Shown here piece after piece: positions 1 to 13,077 of a DNA stretch of 64,000 nt. Where the stretch lies: positions 83,762,001-83,826,000 of the forward strand of contig OZ260664.1 of NCBI GenBank assembly GCA_965285935.1, in the 5' to 3' direction. The translations under genes and the position numbers were made by a program. The notes below the pieces were generated by a model, which was given only the letters and a program-made list of their open reading frames with translations, was not told the DNA's origin and ran no database searches. The first letter of the stretch is position 1; each line of letters opens with the position of its first letter. The stretch comes from Ophelia neglecta. Its lineage: Eukaryota.

Positions 1-2298
1 TTACTTATTGCCCTTCTATTAACCTTGTGGTGCCTGTATCATCTGGATTAATATGACATTCTGAAGAGCCTTATTGATTTTACCTGTTAATGATTTGTGT
101 GCAATCTGTATTAATAAACAGCCACCTTGTATGGTTTATTAAAGATTTACAGATCTAATAGGAGAATTCTTGTCAGCCATTGTCACCTGAAATGTGTAGT
201 GATCTGTCTCACCCTTATCAATAGCTCCAATCCATGTTTTCTCTGCCCACTTTAACTTTCACTTTGTTTCAATCTCAACTAAGTAGTCCTTAAAATACTT
301 CTCTCATTTACTGCATCAGGAGTATTTTGGCCACCAGGCCTATAATTAGCATTGAAAAACATCAGCAAAAAAGAACATGATGCAATTTCATCCAAGACTC
401 CCAGGATGCAACAGATAAATAAAGACTTAAGTAGGTTCATACGAAGAAACAAGGAAAGGTAATTGCAGAAAAACTAAATGTATCCATCATTCTATCCCCT
501 GATCACTGGAGCTTGTATATTCAAGGAGTATTCATTTAACAGTCTCTGTGAATTCTTAAATAGAATAAAACCCATTTGCTGCAATGTAATCACAATGTTT
601 CAGAGTTAGAGACGATCTTCGGCAGAGTTTGGGACTGAAGTTTAAGATGTATGTTCAGTGGGCATCCCTGTATCTTCACTGGAGCCCATATCACTTCTGG
701 AGCTTGTCCGCCATCAAGCTCCACAATAATAATAAGACTGGTCAGAGGAGATGGGCTTTTTTCAAGGTTTGGCAATATGGGCAGTGTGAGTCAAGGCCAG
801 GCTTAATGTGGATCACCAGCCTACAGGTCGTAGGCTTTACACATGGCTGAAGGGCATAATGAGGGCATAATGATGGCTATACGAGGGCATAACGGGAAAG
901 AGAGAAAGGCCCAAAGTGGGAGCAATCTGCAGGAAGGAATTGGTGGCTTCCTGAAAAGACCAGTTGATTAATATTCTTAGCTATGAAAGAACCCCAGCTG
1001 AAACCATGGTAACTAGCCATTCACAGGAAATTCCCTTTTATTGGGAGTTTCCAGGGGTGGATGGTATTCAGGGAGAGAAAATAGCCATGTAGAGATAACA
1101 CAGCTGTCCCACTGCGCTAGCTATATTGTTTTATTCTCCTTTGTACAGCTCTCACATCAAACAATGCTTAAGCCAAAAGCTTATTAACATATAAAGGAGA
1201 AAAAAACTCAAAGCACAATATAATCAGTGTTTAAATCTCACTGCCTCTAGTACCTAACAACCCCACAATGCAGATATTGCTGCCAGAAAAAAAGAATGAG
1301 CAGAGGAGGAAGTAATTACAAAATAATCTATGTGTTTAATCTCTCTGGCCTGGCTGATTTAACATATTGAGAGCAGTCAGGCAGACTCAGCCAACTCATA
1401 ACTCACAATTAGGTCATTTATCAAACAAAACTGTATACAGAATCAATGCTTATATGATGGACAATGCCCTAGGTAGGGTGTTAATGCCAAACAGAAGACT
1501 TAACTGCCAATAGGAATCAGTTTGTGGTGTCAATAAGGGGTGAGGCAGACAGCCACAATAAGCTGTTGTCCCATATTGAGTAATGTGTAAGGCATGATCT
1601 GCATAGCAAGCTATCAATAGCAAACCCAAAGACATAAATTACTATGGCCAAGCCTTGTGCTTGTCATTGCCAGCCAATGTATGTGTTTGGAGCCTTATTG
1701 ACAGCATGATCCTTGACAATCATGCACCAGCAATGCAGTGCTTTGGCCTATTCTGGCAGATGACCTCAATTATGTGTTGTGCAGAGACAGTCTGCTACAA
1801 TTATCCAGATTCCAAATCTGATTAACGTATTGGGAATTGGAGCACCTTGTCAAGCCCGCATGCTGGCTCCCCTTTCATTACCGTCATTTCCCCCCTTTCC
1901 CTCAGCATGTCAACATTGGCTATGTCTTGTCCACATTGCCACAAATCTAATAATTCTCCAAACCCAGCCTTACCAAGCCGCCCACACTTGCCTGTTGGCT
2001 CCCACAATCACAAACTATTGTTCCCAATGGTAATATTTCATTTTGACCAGCTATAATCTGGAAAGAAGACAAATCCCTGGCTATGCCATTTCTACAACTT
2101 GGCAGTAAGTGGTTGTAATCTATACACCCAAAGATGGCACTATACTCCCAGCCACAATCATCTTGTATGGCTACTCCACGGCTCAGGACTAAGAGCAGAT
2201 ACTGACTGATTCCTTACATAGACCTTGTTTGAGCAGGATAAAAACAGAGACAAACTCACTTCTCAACTTCTTCAAACGGTATATGGCACAATCTTATA

Positions 2299-2473
2299 CA
2301 GTGAAACCTGCCTTAAAAACCACCTCTATATTCAGACCACCTGCCAATTCAGACCACTAAAATGAAGACCATTATATACAATTTCAATGTATAACCTGTG
2401 TAAACAGACCACCTCCATAATGAGACCAGTATTTGCCAGTCCCTTGGGTGGTCTTTTTTCACAGGTTTTACTG
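2299..2473. mobile_element. MITE family 1 (Tc1/mariner-pogo type), copy 1
   Basis: TA|CAGTGAAACCTG ... CAGGTTTTACTG|TA terminal inverted repeats with TA TSD. Homologous to 33855-34031 in inverse orientation. Confidence 0.85.
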
Positions 2474-2657
2474 TACTTTCTAATAGATATTATTAACTGT
2501 ATGGTACTATCATAGAATCTCAATCTTTCTAATAGATATTATTTACTGTATGATTCTATGATGGAATTTCATACTTTCTAATAGATATTAGTTACTGTAG
2601 GATTCTATGATGGAATCTCATACTTTCTAATAGATATTAGTTACTGTATGATTCTGT
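2474..2657. repeat. 49-bp tandem repeat, about 3.7 copies
   Basis: TAATAGATATT recurs at 2481, 2530, 2579 and 2628. The array starts at the right-hand TA of the MITE. Confidence 0.85.
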
Positions 2658-2780
2658 GAAGGTTAAAATGGTTGAGCAGATGACATTTATTACACCCAAG
2701 TCTGGTCTGGCACCAATAGGAGCCAGATAGCATGTCTAAAAGACACAAAACTCAACAGAAAATCTATAATCTGCTTTTAT

Positions 2781-2903
2781 AGCAGTTTCCTTGTCTGATA
2801 CACAAAACATGGAGAAAAAAGGCACAACTCTCTGACGAGAGACAAAAACAACCACAATAAATCAACAAAGAAATTCACTGCCTTATCAGACAAGGAAATT
2901 ACT
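2781..2903. repeat. Inverted repeat / MITE-like foldback
   Basis: AGCAGTTTCCTTGTCTGATA (2781-2800) pairs with TATCAGACAAGGAAATTACT (2884-2903), with a 15-bp perfect core. Confidence 0.7.
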
Positions 2904-2916
2904 GTTATTGGCGCTG

Positions 2917-3612
2917 CAGCCCAGGGCCCGGTGGCTGGAAGTGTTCAGCCCCAGGGCCCGGTGGCTGGAAGTGTTCAGCCCAGGGCCCGGTGGCTGGAAG
3001 ATCAGCCCAGGGCCCGGGGACTGGAAGTGTTCAGCCCAGGGCCCGGTGGCTGGAAGTGTTCAGCCCAGGGCCCGGGGGCTGGAAGTGTTCAGCCCAGGGC
3101 CCGGGGGCTGGAAGTGTTCAGCCCAGGGCCCGGTGGCTGGAAGTGTACAGCCCAGGGCCCGGTGGCTGGAAGTGTTCAGCCCAGGGCCCGGGGGCTGGAA
3201 GTGTTCAGCCCAGGGCCCGGGGGCTGGAAGTGTTCAGCCCAGGGCCCGGTGGCTGGAAGTGTTCAGCCCAGGGCCCGGTGGCTGGAAGTGTTCAGCCCAG
3301 GGCCCGGTGGCTGGAAGTGTTCAGCCCAGGGCCCGGTGGCTGGAAGTGTTCAGCCCAGGGCCCGGTGGCTGGAAGTGTTCAGCCCAGGGCCCGGTGGCTG
3401 GAAGTGTTCAGCCCAGGGCCCGGTGGCTGGAAGTGTTCAGCCCAGGGCCCGGTGGCTGGAAGTGTTCAGCCCAGGGCCCGGTGGCTGGAAGTGTTCAGCC
3501 CAGGGCCCGGTGGCTGGAAGTGTTCAGCCCAGGGCCCGGTGGCTGGAAGTGTTCAGCCCAGGGCCCGGTGGCTGGAAGTGTTCAGCCCAGGGCCCGGTGG
3601 CTGGAAGTGTTC
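2917..3612. repeat. 29-bp GC-rich minisatellite, about 24 copies
   Basis: Near-identical unit CAGCCCAGGGCCCGGTGGCTGGAAGTGTT. Explains three overlapping ORFs. Confidence 0.97.
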
Positions 3613-3811
3613 TTAACTGTAAACTCAGATTACAATTAGGATTAATGTGCTACATTGGGCTAGACTTGCTAATTAATGATTGGGGCTTAGGGAAGCTGGA
3701 TTTGGTCTTATAGCTTACTATTTTGGTCTCAAACTTAATCCTTGTCAATGGAAATACCGATAAACGTAATCTCAGCTAACCAATAATAAAAGGCTAGTCT
3801 ATATATTAACT

Positions 3812-3905
3812 GACATGTGATCCAAGGGTGGTCAGATCTGCTCTAGCAGACATGTGATTTGAGGGTCAGATCTGCTCTAGCAGACATGTGATCTGAGGGG
3901 TCAGA
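3812..3905. repeat. About 35-bp tandem repeat, 2.6 copies
   Basis: GACATGTGAT...GGTCAGATCTGCTCTAGCA repeated. Confidence 0.8.
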
Positions 3906-4944
3906 CCTATAGCTGTGATGCTATCATAATATACAGGTGTACACTGTAATCAAAGTCTCTGATGTCTCACTGGCCAGGCTGCTTGTCCAGTGTACAGATC
4001 AGTAAAAACTTGAGTGTTCAAAGTCACACTCTTCAGACCCAACTTGTTCCCTCCTAACTGAGTTCTAATATTACGGTTTGAGGGGTCTAAAATAGGCCCA
4101 CATGGAAAAGTCATCTACACTTGGTGTTCTTTTCATGGCACATATCAGCCAAATTAGGTATAGTATAGCTCCCTAGTTCAGCACAGGAGGCTTCACAGAA
4201 CGTCCCTGCCAATTTCATAGGATAGTGCCCCCCCCCCCTCCCTCCCTCTGGGTACTCATTACTATTAATATAGTCAAATCATATTTCAGGTTAAGTCTGC
4301 CACAGCCCTTGTAGGAAATGCATCGCCCTTGTTGGCTTCTCTGGCCGGGGCTGAAGACCTGTTTAGAAGAGAAGATCACAGGCTGCAGCCTTCACTCGAC
4401 TAATGGAATGTTTTGCCGGCTCCCACACACTCCACCAATCCATGCCTATTGATTTTGGCTATTCCATATTTGCTCTGTTCTCCTGGGTTTGGACTCTGAA
4501 GGACGGCCACCCATGCCCCTAGCTCTGACCTATTCTGTTGTTATTTCATGCCCCTTGCCATCCCTAACAATGGTTTGCTGTCTGTTCAGTGCCTGTATTC
4601 AATACCTGTAGATGTCATGACTGAATGTAACCCAATATTATGTATGATCAACATAGCTTAGATCAACTCTAGTCTTTATCAAGGCTCTGTACAGCTGTCT
4701 TGTAGTCTCTCTCTACTGGCTCACTACCATCAGACACCCTAAACATTGTCTTTACCCTTAGCAGTAAGTTCTTAAATTGGGATATCAACATCAACTGTGG
4801 TGGACGTTTAATTGTCAATGCCACATTAAAGACAAATGATTGGAGCAAAAAACTGATATAGCTAGCTGGTAGGTAGGATCCCGACCACAGCCTAACACTG
4901 GCCGACCCAGGATCCCGACCAATGCCAAACACTGGCCAACCCAC

Positions 4945-5045
4945 CTTTCAATGTCCTCCTGCAGCCAGGCCTGGAAGTCCGCGTATAAATCAGAGTTGTG
5001 CATTTGGGCGTATACTTCACTATATAACAACTGTCTGGAATCCAT
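4945..5045 (-). CDS. Putative alternative first coding exon of a short navigator isoform (33 aa + 2 nt)
   Basis: ATG in strong context (AACATGG) with in-frame stops upstream. Encodes MDSRQLLYSEVYAQMHNSDLYADFQAWLQEDIE and ends at GAAAG|gtgggt in phase 2, the same phase and same last two bases (AG) as exon F. Confidence 0.55.
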
Positions 5046-7164
5046 GTTCTGTTTAATGGTGATATCCTATGATCACAATGGTATGATAATCCTGAGAGAA
5101 CACACATTAGAGCTGCCTACTACACACATCGGTGTGGAGACCGGGCGGCCAGGAGGGATTCCCCCAAGTACGACTGGTGCCACCATGTCTGCCGTGTGTA
5201 TGGGAAACACTCAGGTTTGTGGTCAATTCTGTGAAGATACGGAGAACAGGACAACACTACAGCAGCCAATGGTGTCAGCTGATCCTCTGCAGCGACCAGC
5301 TCAACTACTCAGTGCTGGCAACGCAAATCAATCAATGGCCTGACCTCTACCGGTGAGAATCCGTATTAATCCTCCCCAGTCGGATGACGACAGCGAGAGA
5401 AGCTACCTTTACAGTCTGGGTAGTATATAGTATGACCTCATCACTGTAAGTGGCCTGGGGAGGTGGCCTGTGGAAGGACCTTACCAGGGGATCAGCGTCA
5501 CTAGAGACTACTACATTACTCTGTATACAGTTATCAATTCAACAAGAAGGTGTTGGCTCACAAGCTGGTGATTGTGTGTATGAATTATTCATGTGTGGTA
5601 GGTAATCATGAGCTGGCTGTACAAGACAACAGCTCCTTCTGGGTGTCAGCTCAACACCACACACACTGGCGATATATGCCATGGAAACCCATATATGGAT
5701 ATAGTCAGTTTGCTGGACATGATTGTCATACAATTCACTAATAATAACAAGATTGTTCCCTTGGCACACTGTCCAATCAAATGAGCCTCTCTGCTCCAAA
5801 AAAATGGGAGAAAACAATCACAGGAGTTAGTACAACAACACAGCGCTGCATATTGAGCAATGTCCTTGAGTACATATATACCGAGTCTCCTGCTCAAGGC
5901 ATCTGTAACTGTGGACTTGTACTGGGAAGAATCATCTCCCCAAATCCTAGGGTCACCAATACACGGTTATATGTGGTGATGAAACACATAATGCATTCAT
6001 AACAATAAATGCACTACTATAAGAGGGCAAATCATTCATAGAACCAAATGGGACACATTTTCATGTGCCCAATTTCATGGACGCAAAAATACATAATGCA
6101 AAATGCCTCATTAAGTCTAACCATTTAAGTCTCAAGCCAAACACTCCATCGCTCATTTATAATATAATTCCAAAGTTGCCCACTAGAGCCCATTAACTTA
6201 ATTAGGTAAACGATGAATAAAATTGCACAGTTGTGACAGGAAGTAATGAACGGAAATATAAGGCCTACAGGCAAACTGGGTTTTTGGAGCGGAGTCGTTC
6301 ACCAACCATACATACTGTTACAGCAACAGTATCTTCTAAAGTAAATATAAGATGCCTTGAAAGCAGTATTTTATTTAATAATAAAAACCACACAATGTCA
6401 CTTTTAACTATAATGCTCCCCCTTCCCTTCATTTCATTTAAGGTATTGATTGTAAAAAGCACGTTTAAATTTTGACCTCATCCCTTATGTCAACCACCTT
6501 AACTGATGAATGTTATTGTCAGGCCTGTCCCCTGCAGCCCACAACTCAGCTCTAATATATCACCAGGCAGCCAGTATGATGAATGAGCAGGCCAAGCCAC
6601 TGAGGCAATGGGGAGCAAGGGACCTAACTAGGTCAGGGCTCTACAGGGCTACTGGCTGAGCCTTCTTGGGATGTAATGACATACTGCATGATCTGGGCCA
6701 ATATATATTTATATACCAGCCAATATTATACACATTCAGGGCAAATTTGAAGAAAGCAATATCCTTTTAATTAACATATCAGTCTAGTGAACTATTTTGC
6801 ATGAATAAATGAAATTTATCCCATCACAAGTGGATGAAAGTCATATACCCTGTGAACACAAATCACTGACTGCCACAATCATGTAGAAGGCACCTTCAAA
6901 CATCACAGACTCCATCCACAGAATACCAAAAGGAGGACTAAATCTGACCTGATATGAAGTGATGTGAAGTGACACCATTCACTATAGTTTACATAATACC
7001 TGCTATGTTACAATTGTTTCCAGTCCCTAGAGGCCCCCAGGGAGATTCACTGACTAATTCTCCTCTAAACAGGCTAAATGATTAATGTACCATTAGGATG
7101 GGTATTGTTTCATTGTGCATTGTTTCTCTACCGATTAACCTGGTTACAAATCAGTGTGCTGCTT

Positions 7165-7790
7165 TTATGCCATCCGAACTAGTTTTATACCAGGTTTGTG
7201 CCATTTCAGCCAGCATTATACCAGATTTGTATCATTTCAGCCAGTTTTATACCATGTATTGTGCCATTTCAGCCAGTTTTATTCCAGGTTTTGTGCCATT
7301 TCAGCCAGTTTTATACCAGGTATTGTGCCATTTCAGCCAGTTTTATACCAGGTACTGTGCCATTTCAGCCAGTTTTATACCAGGTATTGTGCCATTTCAG
7401 CCAGTTTTATACCAGGTATTGTGCCATTTCAGCAAGTTTTATACCAGGTATTGTGCCATTTCAGCCAGTTTTATACCAGGTATTGTGCCATTTCAGTCAG
7501 TTTTATACCAAGTTTTGGCCATTTCAGCCAGTTTTATACCAGGTATTGTGGCATTTCAGCCATTTATAAATGGTCTGGTGCCATTTTAGTAGGTTTTGAA
7601 CCCAGTTTTATGCCATTTTCAGAAGGACCTGTGTCATTTCAGCAGGTGTTCTGCCATTTAAGCAGGTTTGTACTAGGATTTGTGCCATTTCAGCAGGATT
7701 TGTGCCAGAATGCATGCCAGTTCAGCAGGTTTTCTGTCAGGTATTGTGCCATTCATCATGTTTGTACAAGGTTTTGTCCCATTTAAGTAG
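7165..7790. repeat. 32-bp minisatellite, about 12 good copies plus a degenerate tail
   Basis: Unit GTGCCATTTCAGCCAGTTTTATACCAGGTATT. Confidence 0.95.
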
Positions 7791-8694
7791 GTCTTTTCCA
7801 AATCAGCATTTTTATCACAACATTTTAGCCTGTTCTGTACCATTTGGAGGAGTTTCCCACAGATTTGGTCATGTTCTGTCTACCAGTGTGAGCCAAGGGG
7901 CAGAGGTCAGCTGTCAAGTACTTTGATGTTACCCAGTGAAATATCTGCCTTTTCTCTGCTCCTATCAAACCTGTAGGTACAGAGACAGGTGAACAGGTGG
8001 ACCTTTATATATACAAGTCAAGGTGTATGACGCAGGCAATCTTCTCTTGGAATGTGGCTGTTCTACTGTCCTCCCCCTCTTCACCTGTCAAAGAGCCCAC
8101 TGTGTAAGGTGTAATTATACCATTAACATAGGTCATCCCCTGCTTAGTGATGTACAGACATCACTACAGACTAGACACCGACATCTAGGTTCTCACCTAC
8201 ATGTATGTAGTTAACTACAGACTGTGAAAACCAAACTCCAGTTCTCTCTTACTGTGAAACATTAGAGTGCCCAGATTCCCAACTAAATTCTAATTTTCTT
8301 AGTAATGTTCCTGCATTCCTACACTATTATTTCAGCATTTTGTCAGATGGAGTCACTTTTCTATTCACCATCCCTCCATTTTCCCCACTACTTGTACACA
8401 TCTAATTGCCCTGCTATACCCTGCTATAATAACCACAAGTACATGTACATATAACATAGTCAAGTTAGTATAAGCTGTTATCTCCTAGTCTGATGTGCCA
8501 TGCATGATACATGATCCCAGGAGTGTAGTCAAGCCCAGACCTGGCCATTATTAATACAAGAAGCTGGGAACAGGACACTGGGTTAATAAAATGACATTCT
8601 GCACAAGCGAACATCAGACATATTTTATGTTTTCCATCAGTAAAATTCAATGTTCCATATTTGAGCCAACCCAGACAATGGCAGAGCTAGGAAA

Positions 8695-8957
8695 CCTGAG
8701 GAGGGGTGGGGAACACCTGAGGAGGGGTGGGGGACACCTGAGGAGGGGTGGGGGACACCTGAGGAGGGGTGGGGGACACCTGAGGAGGGGTGGGGGACAC
8801 CTTGGGCGGGGTTGGGTATACTTCCCCCTGAGGAGGGTTGGGGGACACTTCCTCCTGAGGCGGGGTTGGGGACACCTCCCCCTGAGGAGGGGTGGGGTAC
8901 ACCTCCCCCTGAGGAGGGGTGGGGGGACACCTGAGGAGGGGTGGGGGACACCTGAGC
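8695..8957. repeat. 21/27-bp G-rich minisatellite
   Basis: Unit CACCTGAGGAGGGGTGGGGGA, with 27-bp variants. Confidence 0.92.
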
Positions 8958-10368
8958 AGGGACCAATATACACCTAGACTCGGGTAGGTTTACACTTATC
9001 TAGACAGTCCTTTAATCAAACTGAGACATGACACCCTCAAGCCAGCTCTGATCTATCAGACACTTCATAAATAGAGTCTGCTGAATCAAATGTCACAAGC
9101 TGCTCTGGACAGAACAGAAGTCCACAGCCTCTTAGTGACAGAAAGCGAATGTTTAAAGCAGGCTGTATTGTGAAGATCGCTGGCCAATGACAAAAGACAA
9201 CCTCCCTGAAGGTGTTAGGTTGCCAGTCCTCTCACACACATCAGAAGGCCTGGTATTTATACCTGCCATCAAGTGGCTCTACAATCAAAGAGCACATTTC
9301 ACAGCTCTTATATCTCTGTAAGCAGGCAAAAGAACATGGTTAACATAGAACATGACGAGGGAAAACTTGTAAAGAACGCCCCCAGTGGTTGCTAAGCTGC
9401 CAGCTCCCAGTTGTTCTTCAGGTATTCTATGATGCCTATACACAGGAAATACACTTGTCTTGGTCAAAAGAAATACATTTTCTAGTCCTTTGACCATTGC
9501 AGGATGTTTCTACCAAAGCGGGTTATATCAATGAATTGAGTCTCAAGTTCAGAATGGCCCCAGATACCTGCCTGAAGGAGGCTAGCTGTGCCAGCCAGAT
9601 TCATGTTAACCACAGTATTCAGTGTCAAACACAAATAGCACAGAGGGCATGACTGCTTCAAACGAATAGAGTTCTGTGGCCTTCACAAAAGAAAGACTAC
9701 GCTTAAACCTAGTTAGACTTGATATGTGTCGGTATTCAGTGATATTAACTTTAAATGTCATGTCAACTAGATAGAGTGTGGTTGAGAGTGCCTGTTTCTA
9801 AAGGAGATATTAATTCAATTCACAAGCCAGCCTTGACTGTGAATGGTGTGATTGCTGCTCAAACCTCTCCCGTCATATTCATACCTTTGTGTCCATACTC
9901 TGACCTCAGTGCCACTTCCATAAAGGTGTTAATGGTTTTTTTAAACCTTTGCTGATATTTCCAAAGAGGACATTTATCCACACACCACATTGCATGTATC
10001 CACCTTATACAGGAAACACATTTAACAAGGCCACCCTAACTAACTTGTCAACACGTTTGAAATAAACATACCTTCATGACATGGTAGATTGGTGATTAAA
10101 GTATCATTATAAATCACCAGTAAAAACAGTGATTTCCTTCAGGATATTTCGGGGCCTTTCCCGTTATGTTATTATAGATGAACTCCTGATTATTACCATT
10201 GAACATGATCAGTCGTCCTGGAGGTAAACACACAGTGGTCTGTAATTACCTGTGTGCAGGTTGGTACTAAGTATACCTGTACGGAGATTAACGATTAGTG
10301 GTCTTCAAATCAAAATACATCAGACTTTATTAACTTGGCCTCTAGGGCCGTCGCCTTGAGAGCTAACA

Positions 10369-10643
10369 GGCCCTGGGCCCTTTAAGAGACACACAGACTG
10401 GCCCCTTAGACTACCATGGGCAGTGCCAGGCCCTCGGCCCTTTAAGGGACACACAGACTGGCCCCTATCATGGGCAGTGCCAGGCCCTCGGCCCTTTAAG
10501 GGACACACAGACTGGCTCCTTAGACTACCATGGGCAGTGCCAGGCCCTCGGCCCTTTAAGGGACACACAGACTGGCCCCTATCATGGGCAGTGCCAGGCC
10601 TTCGGCCCTTTAAGGGACACACAGACTGGCCCCTAAGACTACC
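10369..10643. repeat. Alternating 60/54-bp tandem repeat (114-bp higher-order unit)
   Basis: GGCCCTCGGCCCTTTAAG recurs at 10369, 10429, 10483, 10543 and 10597. Confidence 0.9.
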
Positions 10644-10658
10644 TTGTAGTGTGCTAAT

Positions 10659-11117
10659 CCCTGGGCCCTAAAAGGTGTACATGTACTGGCCCTGGGCCCT
10701 AAAAGGTGTACATGTACTGGCCCTGGGCCCTAAAAGGTGTACATGTACTGGCCCTGGGCCCTAAAAGGTGTACATGTACTGGCCCTGGGCCCTAAAAGGT
10801 GTACATGTACTGGCCCTGGGCCCTAAAAGGTGTACATGTACTGGCCCTGGGCCCTAAAAGGTGTACATGTACTGGCCCTGGGCCCTAAAAGGTGTACATG
10901 TACTGGCCCTGGGCCCTAAAAGGTGTACATGTAATGGCCCTGGGCCCTAAAAGGTGTACATGTACTGGCCCTGGGCCCTAAAAGGTGTACATGTACTGGC
11001 CCTGGGCCCTAAAAGGTGTACATGTACTGGCCCTGGGCCCTAAAAGGTGTACATGTACTGGCCCTGGGCCCTAAAAGGTGTACATGTACTGGCCCTGGGC
11101 CCTAAAAGGTGTACATG
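10659..11117. repeat. 31-bp minisatellite, about 15 copies
   Basis: Almost invariant unit CCCTGGGCCCTAAAAGGTGTACATGTACTGG. Confidence 0.97.
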
Positions 11118-12930
11118 TGCATGTACAGGTCTCAATTGTAAGTAAACTGGATAGTGTTCACCTGCTACAAAGAAATCCCCCAGATTGTATTGTTCCAACA
11201 ACTCTACCTTATAAAATCATTATTTAATACCAATATCCTTTTAAAAACAACTTTTCTATAAGTTGGAACACTTCTTATTCTCCAATACACTTAGACTGGT
11301 ACACCTTTAAGACATTTTTCACATCATTTGTAGCCATTTTTAATGCCTATTGCAAAGGCCATACCTTACAGTTCTTCACATACATGACAAACCATACAGC
11401 AGGCTGTGTATTAAAACCCTACAATCCTCGTTCTCAAGTTACAGGCTCAGCTTTGTAATTAGCAGCATGTCAACAACATTTCAAGCGAGCCATAAACAAA
11501 GGTTGAATTGCTATTTGCTCTAGTAAAAAAAACCTGCATGTTGATGTACATGGATGACTTGCTGAACGTACTGCCAGAACATAACGTGAAAACTCCATGA
11601 CAAATATCCCCGAGACTGGCAACGGTAGACCAGTGGTTTGGTACTGTACAATAAACTATCACACTCTAACATAGCTAAGACTGTCAATCTGCCATCTGTG
11701 TATGTCTATAACCATATGAGTGACCGCCATACTCACTGTGATTTGGGATCCCTCCAGGTCAGGTGGTAATCCATATTTCACAAGAGAATCCAGTCCTCTA
11801 CTCACTACAAGCTGCCCAGACCCATACTCCCTACAACTATACACTCCTAACTTTCAAACATGCCGCCCACAATCAATGGATGTCTCAGATTGTCGACAAA
11901 TATCACATATTGCTGACATTTCTCCAGTAAGCTCCTCTTCCAAGCTTGCCATTAGCCATCCCAGCATGCACTTAATACATTATCAAAGCCTTGTCGCTAA
12001 ATCTTCCCGCTGAACATGTTCGGATAACAAGCAGCGGTGAACTTGTACATCTGAGTAAACTCTCATTTTATTGAACTCTTCACAGTTCAACATGTTAATT
12101 ATATTGATCTTGACTGAACCACACGTCTACTTCGCTTTGAAACTAATTTGAAATATATAAACGACACCGTCCTACAAAGTGACACGTTGCTAACCTCCTG
12201 AATGGCTGAAGGTATATGTTTTCTATATAATACACACTTAATTACATCATAATTCAATCAGTTTGTGTGAGCAGTTCGCAGCATACATTTACCTAGCCTG
12301 ATAAGGACCCTATATAATATTGACAGTGTAATATACTTGTATAGATAGCTACAGACTAGGTTAGTATGGCATTTTGTTACCACCGATATACTGTAAGGTA
12401 AAACAACTAATGTACCAGGGAAGGCATAATCTACTATCTAATAAAGGATACGTCCCTCCCACATTAATTCTAATATTTATGTTAGATTAATTTTAGAAAC
12501 AAATATACAAGACCTGAATTTCAAGTAATTGGATCTTTACCTTGACAAGAGCGGTAGAAGCCCTGTACACAGGAGACCTTTATATTCCTGGGTATATAAA
12601 CAGATGGAGAGTCCAGGTTATAGGCCAGGTTGTACAAAGGCTGGCTTGCACCCTGTATTCTTATCATTTTTTAAGCACTTCATACAATTTAAGGAAGGGT
12701 CTTTCATTCAGCTCTTATTGAGATGTATATACCATTTTTTCTACCTCCACAGACTAATAATGAATTGTTGACTGTAAAAGACATTCGGGTTTTACAGTGT
12801 AAATACTCATGTGACCTGTTATAATAAATGTAGGCTGAGGACACAGTCAATCGGTATGGGCTAACTATACAGCACCCCCCCCCCCCCTCCCCCCAGCAAC
12901 TCACCCTCCCTACACACATCTGTAGCCTCC

Positions 12931-13077
12931 TTAGCCAGGTTAACAGGTTGTTAATGTTACCACCACTTACCTGGAGGATTAGCCAGGTTAACAACTTGTT
13001 AATGTAACAAACACTTTACCTGGATGAATAGGTAGGTCAACAGGTTGTTAACATAACCCACACTTACCTGGAGGATT
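12931..13077. repeat. About 48-bp degenerate tandem repeat, 3 copies
   Basis: AGGTTAACAGGTTGTTAA...CACTTACCTGGAGGATT repeated. Confidence 0.75.

Noticed and set aside
2908-3713. Three long overlapping ORFs (208-260 aa)
   Set aside because: They result from a stop-free 29-bp minisatellite, with the same peptide cycling through all three frames.
7098-8977. ORFs at 7098-7786 and 8591-8977 (also 24915-25487, 52405-52722, 53045-53466 and 56308-56711)
   Set aside because: All are translations of tandem repeats.
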